From contig OZ244744.1 of assembly GCA_965219455.1 (NCBI GenBank), positions 32,001-96,000 on the forward strand: DNA of 64,000 nt. The letters are read 5' to 3'. The stretch comes from Candidatus Latescibacterota bacterium. Lineage in GTDB: Bacteria; Latescibacterota; UBA2968; GCA-2709665. Shown here piece after piece: positions 48,302-57,703 of this stretch. Position 1 is the stretch's first letter; each line of letters starts with the position of its first letter. Made by a program: the position numbers and the translations under genes. The notes below the pieces were generated by a model. The model ran no database searches. It saw only the letters and a list, made by a program, of their open reading frames with translations, and had not been told where the DNA came from.

Positions 48302-48871
48302 ATGCATCCCGAACGAAGACTTGAAGAGGACATTGCTTTTGTTCGCGAGGCCGTCGAAAAACGCGATCGGATGCACTATAGATCCATCGCCATAGCCGTG
48401 CTTTGGGCGGTCATCCTCGCCACCGGTCATGCGCTAAGCGACTTTTATCCCCACTTCAGTCCCCTCTTCTGGTGCACCGCGACCCCCGTCGGATACCTGC
48501 TCAGCTTCCGGATCGCCGCGCGAGAAGCACGGACGAAGGGAGTCGCCAACCGAGGGCTCAGAGCCAGGTTCGGTTTGCACTGGGGCAGTCTGTTTGTCGT
48601 CATTTTCTTTGTCATATTCATCGCTTTGTCTCACCGTCTCGAACATTCGGTAATGAGCCAATTCATCACGCTGACTGCCGGTGTCACCTGCTTTCTGGCA
48701 GGCCTGCACCTGGACCGGCGCCTTCTTGTGCCGGGCATTGTTACCATCCTGGGCGCACCTGCCGTTGACTTTCTCGCCCCCTACCCGTGGACCATTGTCG
48801 GCCTGGCCATTGCCGCCAGTCTGGTCGTCAGCGCGATATGGATGAAGCCTCGTGACGATAACGCAATCTGA
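48302..48871 (+). CDS. Hypothetical 6-TM membrane protein
   Basis: AAGGAG RBS; hydrophobic helices; overlaps the regulator gene. Confidence 0.8.
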   Translation: MHPERRLEEDIAFVREAVEKRDRMHYRSIAIAVLWAVILATGHALSDFYPHFSPLFWCTATPVGYLLSFRIAAREARTKGVANRGLRARFGLHWGSLFVVIFFVIFIALSHRLEHSVMSQFITLTAGVTCFLAGLHLDRRLLVPGIVTILGAPAVDFLAPYPWTIVGLAIAASLVVSAIWMKPRDDNAI

Positions 48872-49181
48872 GACCACCGCCAACGGCATTGCCCAACTGG
48901 ACAAACTGCTCGAACACCGGTCCCGGTTTGGCGCATGCGTGCTCCTCGCCGACGTTGACGCCCTCAACTTCAGCCGCTTGAAGCAACTGTTGAAAGAAAC
49001 CGACGGCAACATGGGCGCGCACCTGCGAAAACTGGAAGACGCGGGCTATTTGCGGGTCAATAAGCGGTTCGAACACCGGAAACCGGTTTCGTGGTACAGT
49101 CTCAAAACAGAAGGACGTCTGGCACTAACTTCACATATCAAAGCACTGCAAACCGTCATCGTCGGTGCGGGAATAGAGTGA
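48852..49181 (+). CDS. Winged-helix transcriptional regulator (HTH_34/MarR-like)
   Basis: LDKLLEHRSR...FSRLKQLL.ETDGN.GAHLRKLEDAGY. Confidence 0.92.
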   Translation: MTITQSETTANGIAQLDKLLEHRSRFGACVLLADVDALNFSRLKQLLKETDGNMGAHLRKLEDAGYLRVNKRFEHRKPVSWYSLKTEGRLALTSHIKALQTVIVGAGIE

Positions 49182-49328
49182 TTGAATTCAGTATACAATG
49201 ATCGCGAAACGACCGGTTAATGAGGCGGCAGTAGATTTACGCCGTGTCTGTGCTTCGAGAGATCACCAGACTATTTATGCCTGCGATCTGTCGCCTTTGA
49301 ACACGACCCTACACGATGGAGAACTACC

Positions 49329-50189
49329 ATGCGATGCGGAATATATGGTTTGATTGTCACCATCCTGGTCGCCACTCGGCCGGGATGGGCAATCGCACAG
49401 CAACCTCAGGAATCGCAGTATTCAAGACCTGCGATTACACCGTTCGAATCCGCCGATACGGCAGGCTCGGATCGTAATACCCTTATCGAGGGAAGATTCA
49501 CACTGAGAAAGGGTGTAAGTGAGAACAATCTCGACTCAATGTACGCCGCTCGTGGGACATTCGAGCGCGCCCTGACCGACACCGTACTTTCAACATGGGG
49601 CCACTATTACGTTGGCCTCGCCGACTATCGGATCGCCAATGTTCTATTGGCACAGGATAAAAAACGTGAAGCCGACGCGTCGGTGCACCTCAAGAGAGCA
49701 GTCGAGCATCTACAGATCGCCAAACGGGCTGTTGACGACCGGGAAGAAACCAATGAAACCGCCGCGGAAGTTTGCGCATTGCTCTCAAACGTGTACGGAC
49801 GACAGATTTCATTGAGTCCAATAAAGGGAATATTCCTGGGACCTAAAGCGAAAAGCGTCTTAAGGAAAGCCGAGCAACTCGCACCAGGCAATCCCCGCGT
49901 TGTTCTAAGCAGCGCAATCAGTTACCTCATGACGCCGCGGTTGGTGGGTGGGAACAAGACGAAGGCGATGGCAGGCTTCCGGCGTGCGACGAAACTCTTC
50001 GCCCGCGAGAAGCCGGCCGATCCCAACCATCCCGTCTGGGGTCATAGTGATACCTACATATGGATGGGTATCGCACATTTGGAAAGGAACGAACGGGAAG
50101 CCGCGCGGGAGGCTTTCGCAAGAACGCTCGAAATTGATCCGGACAATCGCTGGGCCAGGAAAAAGCTGTCGGGAGATCTGGCGAGGTAG
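49329..50189 (+). CDS. Exported TPR protein
   Basis: Signal peptide; A..LAPGNPR and A...FARTLEIDPDN TPR ends. Confidence 0.82.
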   Translation: MRCGIYGLIVTILVATRPGWAIAQQPQESQYSRPAITPFESADTAGSDRNTLIEGRFTLRKGVSENNLDSMYAARGTFERALTDTVLSTWGHYYVGLADYRIANVLLAQDKKREADASVHLKRAVEHLQIAKRAVDDREETNETAAEVCALLSNVYGRQISLSPIKGIFLGPKAKSVLRKAEQLAPGNPRVVLSSAISYLMTPRLVGGNKTKAMAGFRRATKLFAREKPADPNHPVWGHSDTYIWMGIAHLERNEREAAREAFARTLEIDPDNRWARKKLSGDLAR

Positions 50190-50297
50190 AGAAGAGAGAA
50201 CCAGCGCACGGGGGTCGTTTGTGGCATCTCGTACGAGCTCTCAATCCACGCACGATATCATCCTGAAGTTGTGCAAGCCAATCAATACATCGAGAAG

Positions 50298-52709
50298 ATG
50301 ATGTTGAAATTTCACTTTACGATGGCCACAAGGAAATTGTTAAGGTCCAAGATTCACACTTGTATCAATATCGTTGGTCTCGCGTTGGGTATAACCTGTT
50401 GTCTGTTAATTGCGTTTTATGTTGAGGACGAATTAAACTTCGACGGTTTCCACAGACAAGCGCACAGGATTTATCGTGTCACCAGCGAAGTGGCTCGCAC
50501 GGGGATGGGGGTCACCCAATCCGCTACCACGCCCGCGCGACTCGCCCCGACCCTCCTGGCAACCTATCCCGAGATACAGACGGCTGTTCGTCTGTATCGC
50601 AAAACCTCTGTTGTCGTGCGTGACGTACGGGCGCAATTCCAGGAGGAACGCTTTTTCTACACCGATCCTGCTTTTTTTGAAGTCTTTTCATTCCAGCTCA
50701 TTGATGGAAATCCGGCCGAGGTCCTGGAGGCGCCATTCTCTGTAGTCCTTACCCAATCGACAGCCAGACGGTATTTCGGAGATGAACGCCCAATAGGCGA
50801 AGTACTCAATATTGACCGAAAATTCGATTGCAAAATTACTGGCATCGTCCAGGATCCACCCAATGACTCACATATCCAGTTTGATTTCCTGGCGTCGTTC
50901 ACAACTGCTGAAACGTTGGAACCGTGGATTGTTAACTGGGAGTGGCCCCCGATGTACACATATCTCCTGCTTCATCAGGGGCGTGACATAACAAAGATTC
51001 GAAACCATATGTCGGGATTTGTCGCCCGCCATCTACCTTCGCGTTTGCAAGGGCGGGTGAGTTTTGACATGCAGTCCTTGCGGCGTATACATCTGCATTC
51101 CCATCTTGAAAAAGAACTGACGCCTAACAGTGATATAACCTATGTGTATGTTTTTTCTATAATTGCCCTTTCCGTGCTGCTCATAGCCTCTACCAATTTC
51201 ATTAACATGGCGACAGCCCGGTCAGCGCCACGCGCATTGGAAGTTGGCATCCACAAGGCATTTGGCGCACGCCGCAGCCAGCTTGCGAGGCAATTCTTGT
51301 GCGAATCGATACTAGTCGTGGCACTTCCAACGGCGCTTGCACTTGCACTTGTAGAATGTCTGTTGCCGACGTTTAATTCTGTTTCACAAAAGGATCTCGG
51401 ATGGCGGGATCTAGGATATCTAACCGTCTTCCTCCTGTCAGCTGGTGTCACAATCGGATTGGGCGTGCTTGCAGGTATCTATCCGGCGTTGTACCTTTCC
51501 AGATTTGACCCGGCCAGGGCTGCAAGAGGCAATTCATTTTCGCTTCAACGCGGCTCTGCCCGGCTACGAAAGGGGCTGGTGATCCTGCAGTTCGCCATCT
51601 CAAGCATACTGATCATCAGTACAATGATTGTCCATAATCAGGTTGATTTCATGCGGTACGCACGACTTGGATTTGAAAGGGAAGCGTTGGCGATTGTACC
51701 CTTACGGGAGATTGACGATCAGAGGAATCACACGGTACTCAAACAAAAATGGGCTGACGTAGCCGGCGTGATTGGCGTGACAGGTTCTTCCGGGGTACCA
51801 ATTAATATCGGGATTGACAGGTTCTTTATCTATCCAGACAACGTTCGAGATGATAGTCTGGAGATCGCCACTTTAACTGTGGACAGGGATTTCGTGAAGA
51901 CCTACGAGATGGTTATTCGCGATGGTCGCGACTTTTCGGAACATCATTCCAGTGACGCGAACGAGGCATTCCTCGTAAATGAAGCTGCGGCCAGGAGGAT
52001 AGGTTGGCCGCATCCCATCGAGGCGGAAATGACACTTCGGTACTGGAGAGATGAATGGGTTAGAAAAAAAGGTCGAGTCATTGGACTCGTGAAGGATTTC
52101 CATTACCATTCTTTGCATCGATCCATTGAGCCCATCATTTTTCACATCGATGCCATAGATGAATCTTACTATTATACCTTTTTGTCAGTACGCATTTCCA
52201 GTTCGGATGTTCGCAATGTATTGCGCTTCATGGAACAGAAATGGAAGGAATTCAACCCCAATCGCCCGTTCGAATTCTTCTTTCTGGACGAACGAATTGA
52301 TCAGATGTATCGTGCCGAAGAAAGGCAGGCTGGTATCTTGACTGCGTTCGCGATGATCGCCATCTCCATCGCCTGCCTTGGGTTATTAAGCCTCGCGACG
52401 TTCGCTACTGAACAAAGGACGAAGGAAGTTGGTGTAAGAAGAGTCCTCGGTGCTTCAACTGTAGACATCGCGCTTATGCTCACAAAGGATTTCTCAATAT
52501 TGGTAATCTTTGCAAATTTGCTTGCATTTCCCTTTGTTTATTTCATCGTCAAGCCGTGGCTTGAGGGTTTTCCATATCGAATCGACCTTGGAATAAACCC
52601 CTTCCTCATCGGTGGCCTGCTGAGTATTGCAATTGCTGTTGCGACTGTAACCTATCACGCCCTAAAGACCGCAACGACCAATCCAATCCAAGCGCTGCGG
52701 TACGAATAG
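50298..52709 (+). CDS. Duplicated MacB/FtsX-type ABC permease
   Basis: INIVGLALG, NFINMATARS..R..EVG, QFAIS, EQRTKEVGVRRVLGAS, NPIQALRYE. Confidence 0.93.
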   Translation: MMLKFHFTMATRKLLRSKIHTCINIVGLALGITCCLLIAFYVEDELNFDGFHRQAHRIYRVTSEVARTGMGVTQSATTPARLAPTLLATYPEIQTAVRLYRKTSVVVRDVRAQFQEERFFYTDPAFFEVFSFQLIDGNPAEVLEAPFSVVLTQSTARRYFGDERPIGEVLNIDRKFDCKITGIVQDPPNDSHIQFDFLASFTTAETLEPWIVNWEWPPMYTYLLLHQGRDITKIRNHMSGFVARHLPSRLQGRVSFDMQSLRRIHLHSHLEKELTPNSDITYVYVFSIIALSVLLIASTNFINMATARSAPRALEVGIHKAFGARRSQLARQFLCESILVVALPTALALALVECLLPTFNSVSQKDLGWRDLGYLTVFLLSAGVTIGLGVLAGIYPALYLSRFDPARAARGNSFSLQRGSARLRKGLVILQFAISSILIISTMIVHNQVDFMRYARLGFEREALAIVPLREIDDQRNHTVLKQKWADVAGVIGVTGSSGVPINIGIDRFFIYPDNVRDDSLEIATLTVDRDFVKTYEMVIRDGRDFSEHHSSDANEAFLVNEAAARRIGWPHPIEAEMTLRYWRDEWVRKKGRVIGLVKDFHYHSLHRSIEPIIFHIDAIDESYYYTFLSVRISSSDVRNVLRFMEQKWKEFNPNRPFEFFFLDERIDQMYRAEERQAGILTAFAMIAISIACLGLLSLATFATEQRTKEVGVRRVLGASTVDIALMLTKDFSILVIFANLLAFPFVYFIVKPWLEGFPYRIDLGINPFLIGGLLSIAIAVATVTYHALKTATTNPIQALRYE

Positions 52710-52740
52710 GTAAGAGCCAGGCTTTGCAGCAAGTTGCACA

Positions 52741-52785
52741 AACGACAAAGACCGCGAACCGGCAATTCTCGCGGTCTTTGTCGTT
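52741..52785. terminator. Hairpin terminator between convergent genes
   Basis: 17-bp perfect stem AACGACAAAGACCGCGA / TCGCGGTCTTTGTCGTT. Confidence 0.75.
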
Positions 52786-52953
52786 ATGGACCAGGAATCG
52801 GAAACACGGTTGAGGCGTCGTGGCGCTCTGACACCCCTCTACGGCCCTTTGACAAGCTCGGGGGCACTTAACCCCGGGGAGGAGGGGCTGGGTGCAGCAG
52901 GATCCGTCTGTCGTATACGATTGCGAGGCTTCCCGATAAACGTGAACCGATCC

Positions 52954-53481
52954 CTACGTGGATTCCCCTTCGACGAATTTGGCGATGACAAGCCCCGCCA
53001 GAAGCCATGCGATCAACGAGTCAAGGATGATTACAAGCGTATACGACGTCGAGAAGCCAAACCAGTTCCAGTAGGGGAAGTGGCTCACAAAGCCGATGGC
53101 CACACCTGCAAGCGCCACGAAGCGAACCCGTTCCCAGTAACCGAGATTCGACGTGTTGCCCAGCAGAAGAAGAACGAGCAAGGCGGAGACCGCTTGACCC
53201 ACAAGGCCGACACCCATCATACGGCCCATGTTCGTATCGGCGCCGTCGGGCAATACGTTCGCGAGGGCGAATACTGCTCCTGGCTTGAGGTCTTCCTGGG
53301 CAAATGGTAAATAGTAAATTCCGGCAGTCGTCGCGTTTTCCTTGAGGACCGTTGAAACAGCCGATTCGTCTTCGAATTTGTTCGCAACCGCATTATGCCA
53401 CGGCAATATCGTCCAGGAGATAAACCCCCAGGCGAACAGGACAACGGCAGACAAAACCACGGCGAGTACACAGTTCTTCAC
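52954..53481 (-). CDS. Hypothetical membrane protein
   Basis: AAGGAGG RBS; four hydrophobic segments; YWNWFGF motif. Confidence 0.8.
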   Translation of the reverse strand: MKNCVLAVVLSAVVLFAWGFISWTILPWHNAVANKFEDESAVSTVLKENATTAGIYYLPFAQEDLKPGAVFALANVLPDGADTNMGRMMGVGLVGQAVSALLVLLLLGNTSNLGYWERVRFVALAGVAIGFVSHFPYWNWFGFSTSYTLVIILDSLIAWLLAGLVIAKFVEGEST

Positions 53482-53653
53482 AAAGAGACCTCCTTCTGGT
53501 GGTTATCCAGGGATAAAGCACAGACGGACGCGTCGAAACCGTCCGTTTCGGGTACCTTAAGAATTCGAGATCGCGGCCGACAACAACTGCCGCCGGCGAT
53601 CGCTGGCGACTTGCCACCGGATTCCGATTTTTCGCCCACTCCAACATATTGAA

Positions 53654-54016
53654 TCAGTCGCCAACGAACTGGCGCAGTTCGAAGACGTTGCCTTCCGTGT
53701 CGCTGATGACGGCGATACGCACCGGTATGCCGCCGCCGGCCTCCCGGACGTTTCTGACTTCGCCCCCGCCAGCCACGACTTCCTTCACCGCGGCGTCGAG
53801 ATCATCCACGTGGAGATTCAGCCCGGCGTGGGCGACGGCGCCCTCGCTCATCCCGGTAGACAGGATATGGAGCGCCACGATGCACCCTCCGCATTGAAGC
53901 GTACTCCACCCCGGCGATTCGAACACGGCGTCCAGTCCGATGACGTCCCGGTAAAAAGGCAGCGCCCTGTCCATATCTTTGACGTAATGGACGACCATGG
54001 GTTCTGTAGCGTTCAC
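53654..54016 (-). CDS. VOC/glyoxalase family protein
   Basis: YVKDMDRA..FYRDVIGL...DTEGNVFEL; AAAGGAG RBS. Confidence 0.9.
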   Translation of the reverse strand: MNATEPMVVHYVKDMDRALPFYRDVIGLDAVFESPGWSTLQCGGCIVALHILSTGMSEGAVAHAGLNLHVDDLDAAVKEVVAGGGEVRNVREAGGGIPVRIAVISDTEGNVFELRQFVGD

Positions 54017-54115
54017 GCTTCTCTCCTTTCCGAAATGGTTGCCAAACCGCGTTATCGAAACACGTCTCGGCTATTCTAATCTCGCAATGCTTCAATCCCG
54101 ATCTGCCTGTAACGG

Positions 54116-54850
54116 CTAGACGAGCAGAAGAACCCCGAATGCCAGCAGCGCCGCGTAGAGAACGCGTTGAAATCGGGCGGGAGGGATGCGCGCGCCGATG
54201 ACCTGGCCCAGAACAACTGCGAGAATGATGGCCGGCACGGCCGGCAGATAGAATCCGAATACGTCCCCCGTCCACAGTCCAGCCAATCCGTGGCTCGCCA
54301 CAATGAGCAGGGTCGAGGGAAAGAAGTACCCCTGCAGCGTCGCCCTGAAGTGTTCGGGCGGCCACCGCCGCAGAATCCCGTAAACAGCCACCGGCGCCGC
54401 GTTGACGTTATATGCGCCGCCGAGAATGCCGGACGTGAAACCGAACGCGTGCGCCCATCCGATATGTTCAAGCCTCGGCAGGACAGAGGTTCTCAGGTTA
54501 TATAGACCGACAGCAATGAGCAGGATTCCGAGCCCGGCCTTGAAGACATCCTGGGGTGCGAATCGAAGAATCAGCAGACCGAGAGGAATTCCAAAAACCG
54601 AAGCGGCGAGCAAATGTAGCGCGGCCCTGACGTCCAGGTCCCGCCAGGATCGAACCAGAAGCAGGGCGATTGTCGTCAGCATTGTCAGGCCGACCAGGGG
54701 CGTCGCCACTTCGACATCGAGAACCGTCACGAGCATCGGCATCGCCACCAGGGCGGTTCCGAATCCGAGCGTCGAATGGACCAACGCCGCCACAAACACG
54801 ATCGCGACTACCGTGAACAAGAGCATATTGATTCGCTTGGAATCGTGCAA
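54116..54850 (-). CDS. TauE/SafE (TSUP) family exporter
   Basis: GFGTALVAMP, GFTSGILGG...AP, FRATLQGYF. Confidence 0.88.
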   Translation of the reverse strand: MHDSKRINMLLFTVVAIVFVAALVHSTLGFGTALVAMPMLVTVLDVEVATPLVGLTMLTTIALLLVRSWRDLDVRAALHLLAASVFGIPLGLLILRFAPQDVFKAGLGILLIAVGLYNLRTSVLPRLEHIGWAHAFGFTSGILGGAYNVNAAPVAVYGILRRWPPEHFRATLQGYFFPSTLLIVASHGLAGLWTGDVFGFYLPAVPAIILAVVLGQVIGARIPPARFQRVLYAALLAFGVLLLV

Positions 54851-55007
54851 ACAACAGCAGAATTCAACGCCGATTCCTCACCTCTGGAAAATCATCTGAG
54901 GCGACGTTACGTCTCGCTGTAACTCGGGTCAGGGCTAAACTTCACCTTCACGATGAAATTTCAATTAGAATCCTTATCTTAGCTTGTTTTTTTATGCTCC
55001 AACGATC

Positions 55008-56351
55008 TTATCTTGACCCGTACATTCTAATTGCATTCTTGAAAGCATAACTACAAAGGGCAATCCAAACCAAACGGACAATTCCTATAGCATTTAGCCA
55101 CGCCGTATTGATCCCAGACAAAACCTCCCCATATCTCTCCGCCCCAAGAGCGGCCATTAAGCCATCTGCATAAAAGAGAATCCTGATCGGACTATAAAAA
55201 CAAAATTCCCAATACCCATCAAAAGAAACTCCCTCTCCCCAGAGAAAAAGAAATGGAACAGCATTGAGAACCAAATACCCCCCAACGAGCCAGATAATAG
55301 GACGAAGCCAAGACGTGTAAAATTCCGACGATACACCCCGCCATCCCAACAAGAGCCAGTCTTGCCACCCCTGCCAACTCTTGTACCACTTATCGTTTTT
55401 CACGTGTGCATAGTCAACCAAAGATATATAACTGGCAATCGTGTTTTCTTGACCTATATCTCCCCTTACATGTGCCAAATTTTTAAACTTGACGAACAAA
55501 TCTCTCATATCATGAAATCTCCCAACATATCTCTTGACATAACGAGTATTCAACAACCTCTTTCCGATCTTTTCATTGCGTCCAAAAAACATCCTAAGCA
55601 AATTATATTCCTGTGCAACATCATATTTGACAAAATTACCATGTGGATCGAATTCTCTACGATTAACTACCTGATCCCACGTCAAAATATCTACCTCATT
55701 ACCACCATCAAAATAGCAGCTTATTGGATACCTACATGGAAAGTGAAAATCTAAATCCAATCTTCTAATTCTATTCTCATTGAAAATCAAAGACAGCCCT
55801 TTCTTCTTATTGTTATCATTATCACCGCTTCTCTTTACAAGAACATGTGTGAAATCATTTTTATCGAAAACTACACTACTGTGATCCGGAAAAGAAAACT
55901 CACAATCCCCTGTATTCCTTACAAAACACAATGATTCTCCAAGATCGGAATCGTGAAATTCAGGTACAAACTCTATGCCAGTTTCCCAAATATTATCCAT
56001 TGAAAACTGACAGTTCTCAAAACGCAAACTTGCTGCCATATCCGAAAGCCCATACCTTATCTCAGCATCATGATCCCTATGATGTTTTTCACGACCATCG
56101 GTAATGAGAATATCAAGATTCTTTACACAAAGTAACAAAACATCCCAACCTCTTTCATTATCGCTACCACTTGCCAAACTCCACTGAACGTACCCCTCTA
56201 ATGTACTCCCACCGCCGTGCCTAGTCACATCTTCTGATTGTACACCCTGAAAACACAAGACACGAGACAACTCTTCGCACGACACATCCTTACGTTCCCC
56301 AACCGGTTTCTTATTAATAGGTAAAACCCGGCCAATCAGACGTTTCAACAT
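55008..56351 (-). CDS. AT-rich hypothetical protein with beta-rich N-domain and C-terminal TM-loop-TM region
   Basis: 447-aa ORF; RDLF..FK.....GD...SSEFYTSWLRP followed by two hydrophobic helices. Confidence 0.75.
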   Translation of the reverse strand: MLKRLIGRVLPINKKPVGERKDVSCEELSRVLCFQGVQSEDVTRHGGGSTLEGYVQWSLASGSDNERGWDVLLLCVKNLDILITDGREKHHRDHDAEIRYGLSDMAASLRFENCQFSMDNIWETGIEFVPEFHDSDLGESLCFVRNTGDCEFSFPDHSSVVFDKNDFTHVLVKRSGDNDNNKKKGLSLIFNENRIRRLDLDFHFPCRYPISCYFDGGNEVDILTWDQVVNRREFDPHGNFVKYDVAQEYNLLRMFFGRNEKIGKRLLNTRYVKRYVGRFHDMRDLFVKFKNLAHVRGDIGQENTIASYISLVDYAHVKNDKWYKSWQGWQDWLLLGWRGVSSEFYTSWLRPIIWLVGGYLVLNAVPFLFLWGEGVSFDGYWEFCFYSPIRILFYADGLMAALGAERYGEVLSGINTAWLNAIGIVRLVWIALCSYAFKNAIRMYGSR

Positions 56352-56665
56352 CTCACAACACCCCGAAAAGGAATCCCGGCGAACGACCCCTTTATGATGA
56401 TTCGCCGAACCAAAATCCCTATCCCGTAGCTGGACTTCGCGCTGTTTAGCGACAACAAAACAAGTGGCAATGAATGTCCGAGCCTGTTGTTTTCCGCCAT
56501 AAGAGGTTTTTGTTTGAAGAGTACCTGCCGCGGGGATTTGGAGATGCGATGGAGCGAATCATTGGCAGTCAGGGTTCGACCTACCTCGAGAACCCGTGGG
56601 ACACGGTTTGTGCTGTTGGCCTGGACGCAGAATACATCTGGCTTTGCCATGTCTTCACGTAACTA

Positions 56666-57703
56666 TCACTTTGACTTGCTCCGGTACTCGCGAAGTCGTG
56701 TACAGTCAACCAGCCGGTCAATTGTATTCGCTGTAAATACCTTCCCCCTCGTCGCAAGGATCATCTTCTTCATGTCTTCCCTGCGGACCCCGAAGCCGCG
56801 ACCGCCAATACAGGCGACAACCTGGAATCTCGGGTTTTTTCTCGTACGACCGGAAAGACTCAATTCACCCAGATGTTGAATCCTCGTAACTTTATCGCGT
56901 GCTGTCCCGTCATCTTCCGTTATTTTCGCCTCGATGATAATCTGAGGGTTGAATTCGCTCGGTACCATAAAGTCCGGTGTCTGGTCAAATCCCTCGATTC
57001 GTTCAGCGCGTTTCGTCTTACGGTAGCTGACCCCGGTCCTTACGAGCTCATCTTCAATCGCTGACTCCAGACTATCTCCTATAAGTTCACTCACCGAGTC
57101 ACGATGACCGGCAAATGGCCTTCCCAGGAATCGTTCGTACAGCAACATAGCATAAGGGACACCAATCCTCGCAAGGTTCTGGATGCTATCGACGCCGCGA
57201 CTCGTGTCGGCCTTGTCCAAGCGATGCAATTGGTCGCTCGGCACGTCCGGGACACCATGTACCAATAGCTGACAAGCTGCATTGACCATTGCTTGGAGCC
57301 GTACTAAGCTCTTTTGACCTGGGTTCAGTTCGTTCTCTGGTGCCATTCTGACCTTACGGTCAATCGAACGAGCGAATCCCTGGCTTACCGTGACACCGGT
57401 TCTCTGTGTGGTGACATAACCCCATTCAGGTGGGGTAAATCCAAGCATCGAACGCAAAACAACAATTGAAATCGGTTTGGAAAACACAACCGGAAGCAAC
57501 TCCTCAGGTTCAAAACTAGAGAAACTTTCGGTCGCAGCTTTCAAAGATTCGTACCCTCGCTCGAACACCGAATATTCAACAAAACCGACCCCTTTGGGAA
57601 GAACGATGAATTCTGACTCGAGGCTTGCAAATACGGCATCAACATAGCTGTCTGGGTCTGCGACAACCACATCAAAGGGGACTTCAAAAGGGAACTTCGG
57701 CAT
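56666..57703 (-). CDS. Putative type II restriction endonuclease (PD-(D/E)xK)
   Basis: TPDFMVP...IIIEAK catalytic motif; overlaps the MTase 3' end. Confidence 0.75.
   Translation of the reverse strand: MPKFPFEVPFDVVVADPDSYVDAVFASLESEFIVLPKGVGFVEYSVFERGYESLKAATESFSSFEPEELLPVVFSKPISIVVLRSMLGFTPPEWGYVTTQRTGVTVSQGFARSIDRKVRMAPENELNPGQKSLVRLQAMVNAACQLLVHGVPDVPSDQLHRLDKADTSRGVDSIQNLARIGVPYAMLLYERFLGRPFAGHRDSVSELIGDSLESAIEDELVRTGVSYRKTKRAERIEGFDQTPDFMVPSEFNPQIIIEAKITEDDGTARDKVTRIQHLGELSLSGRTRKNPRFQVVACIGGRGFGVRREDMKKMILATRGKVFTANTIDRLVDCTRLREYRSKSK

Noticed and set aside
56345-56650. 101-aa ORF between the nuclease and the membrane gene
   Set aside because: No RBS or recognisable motif; could be a remnant but is unsupported
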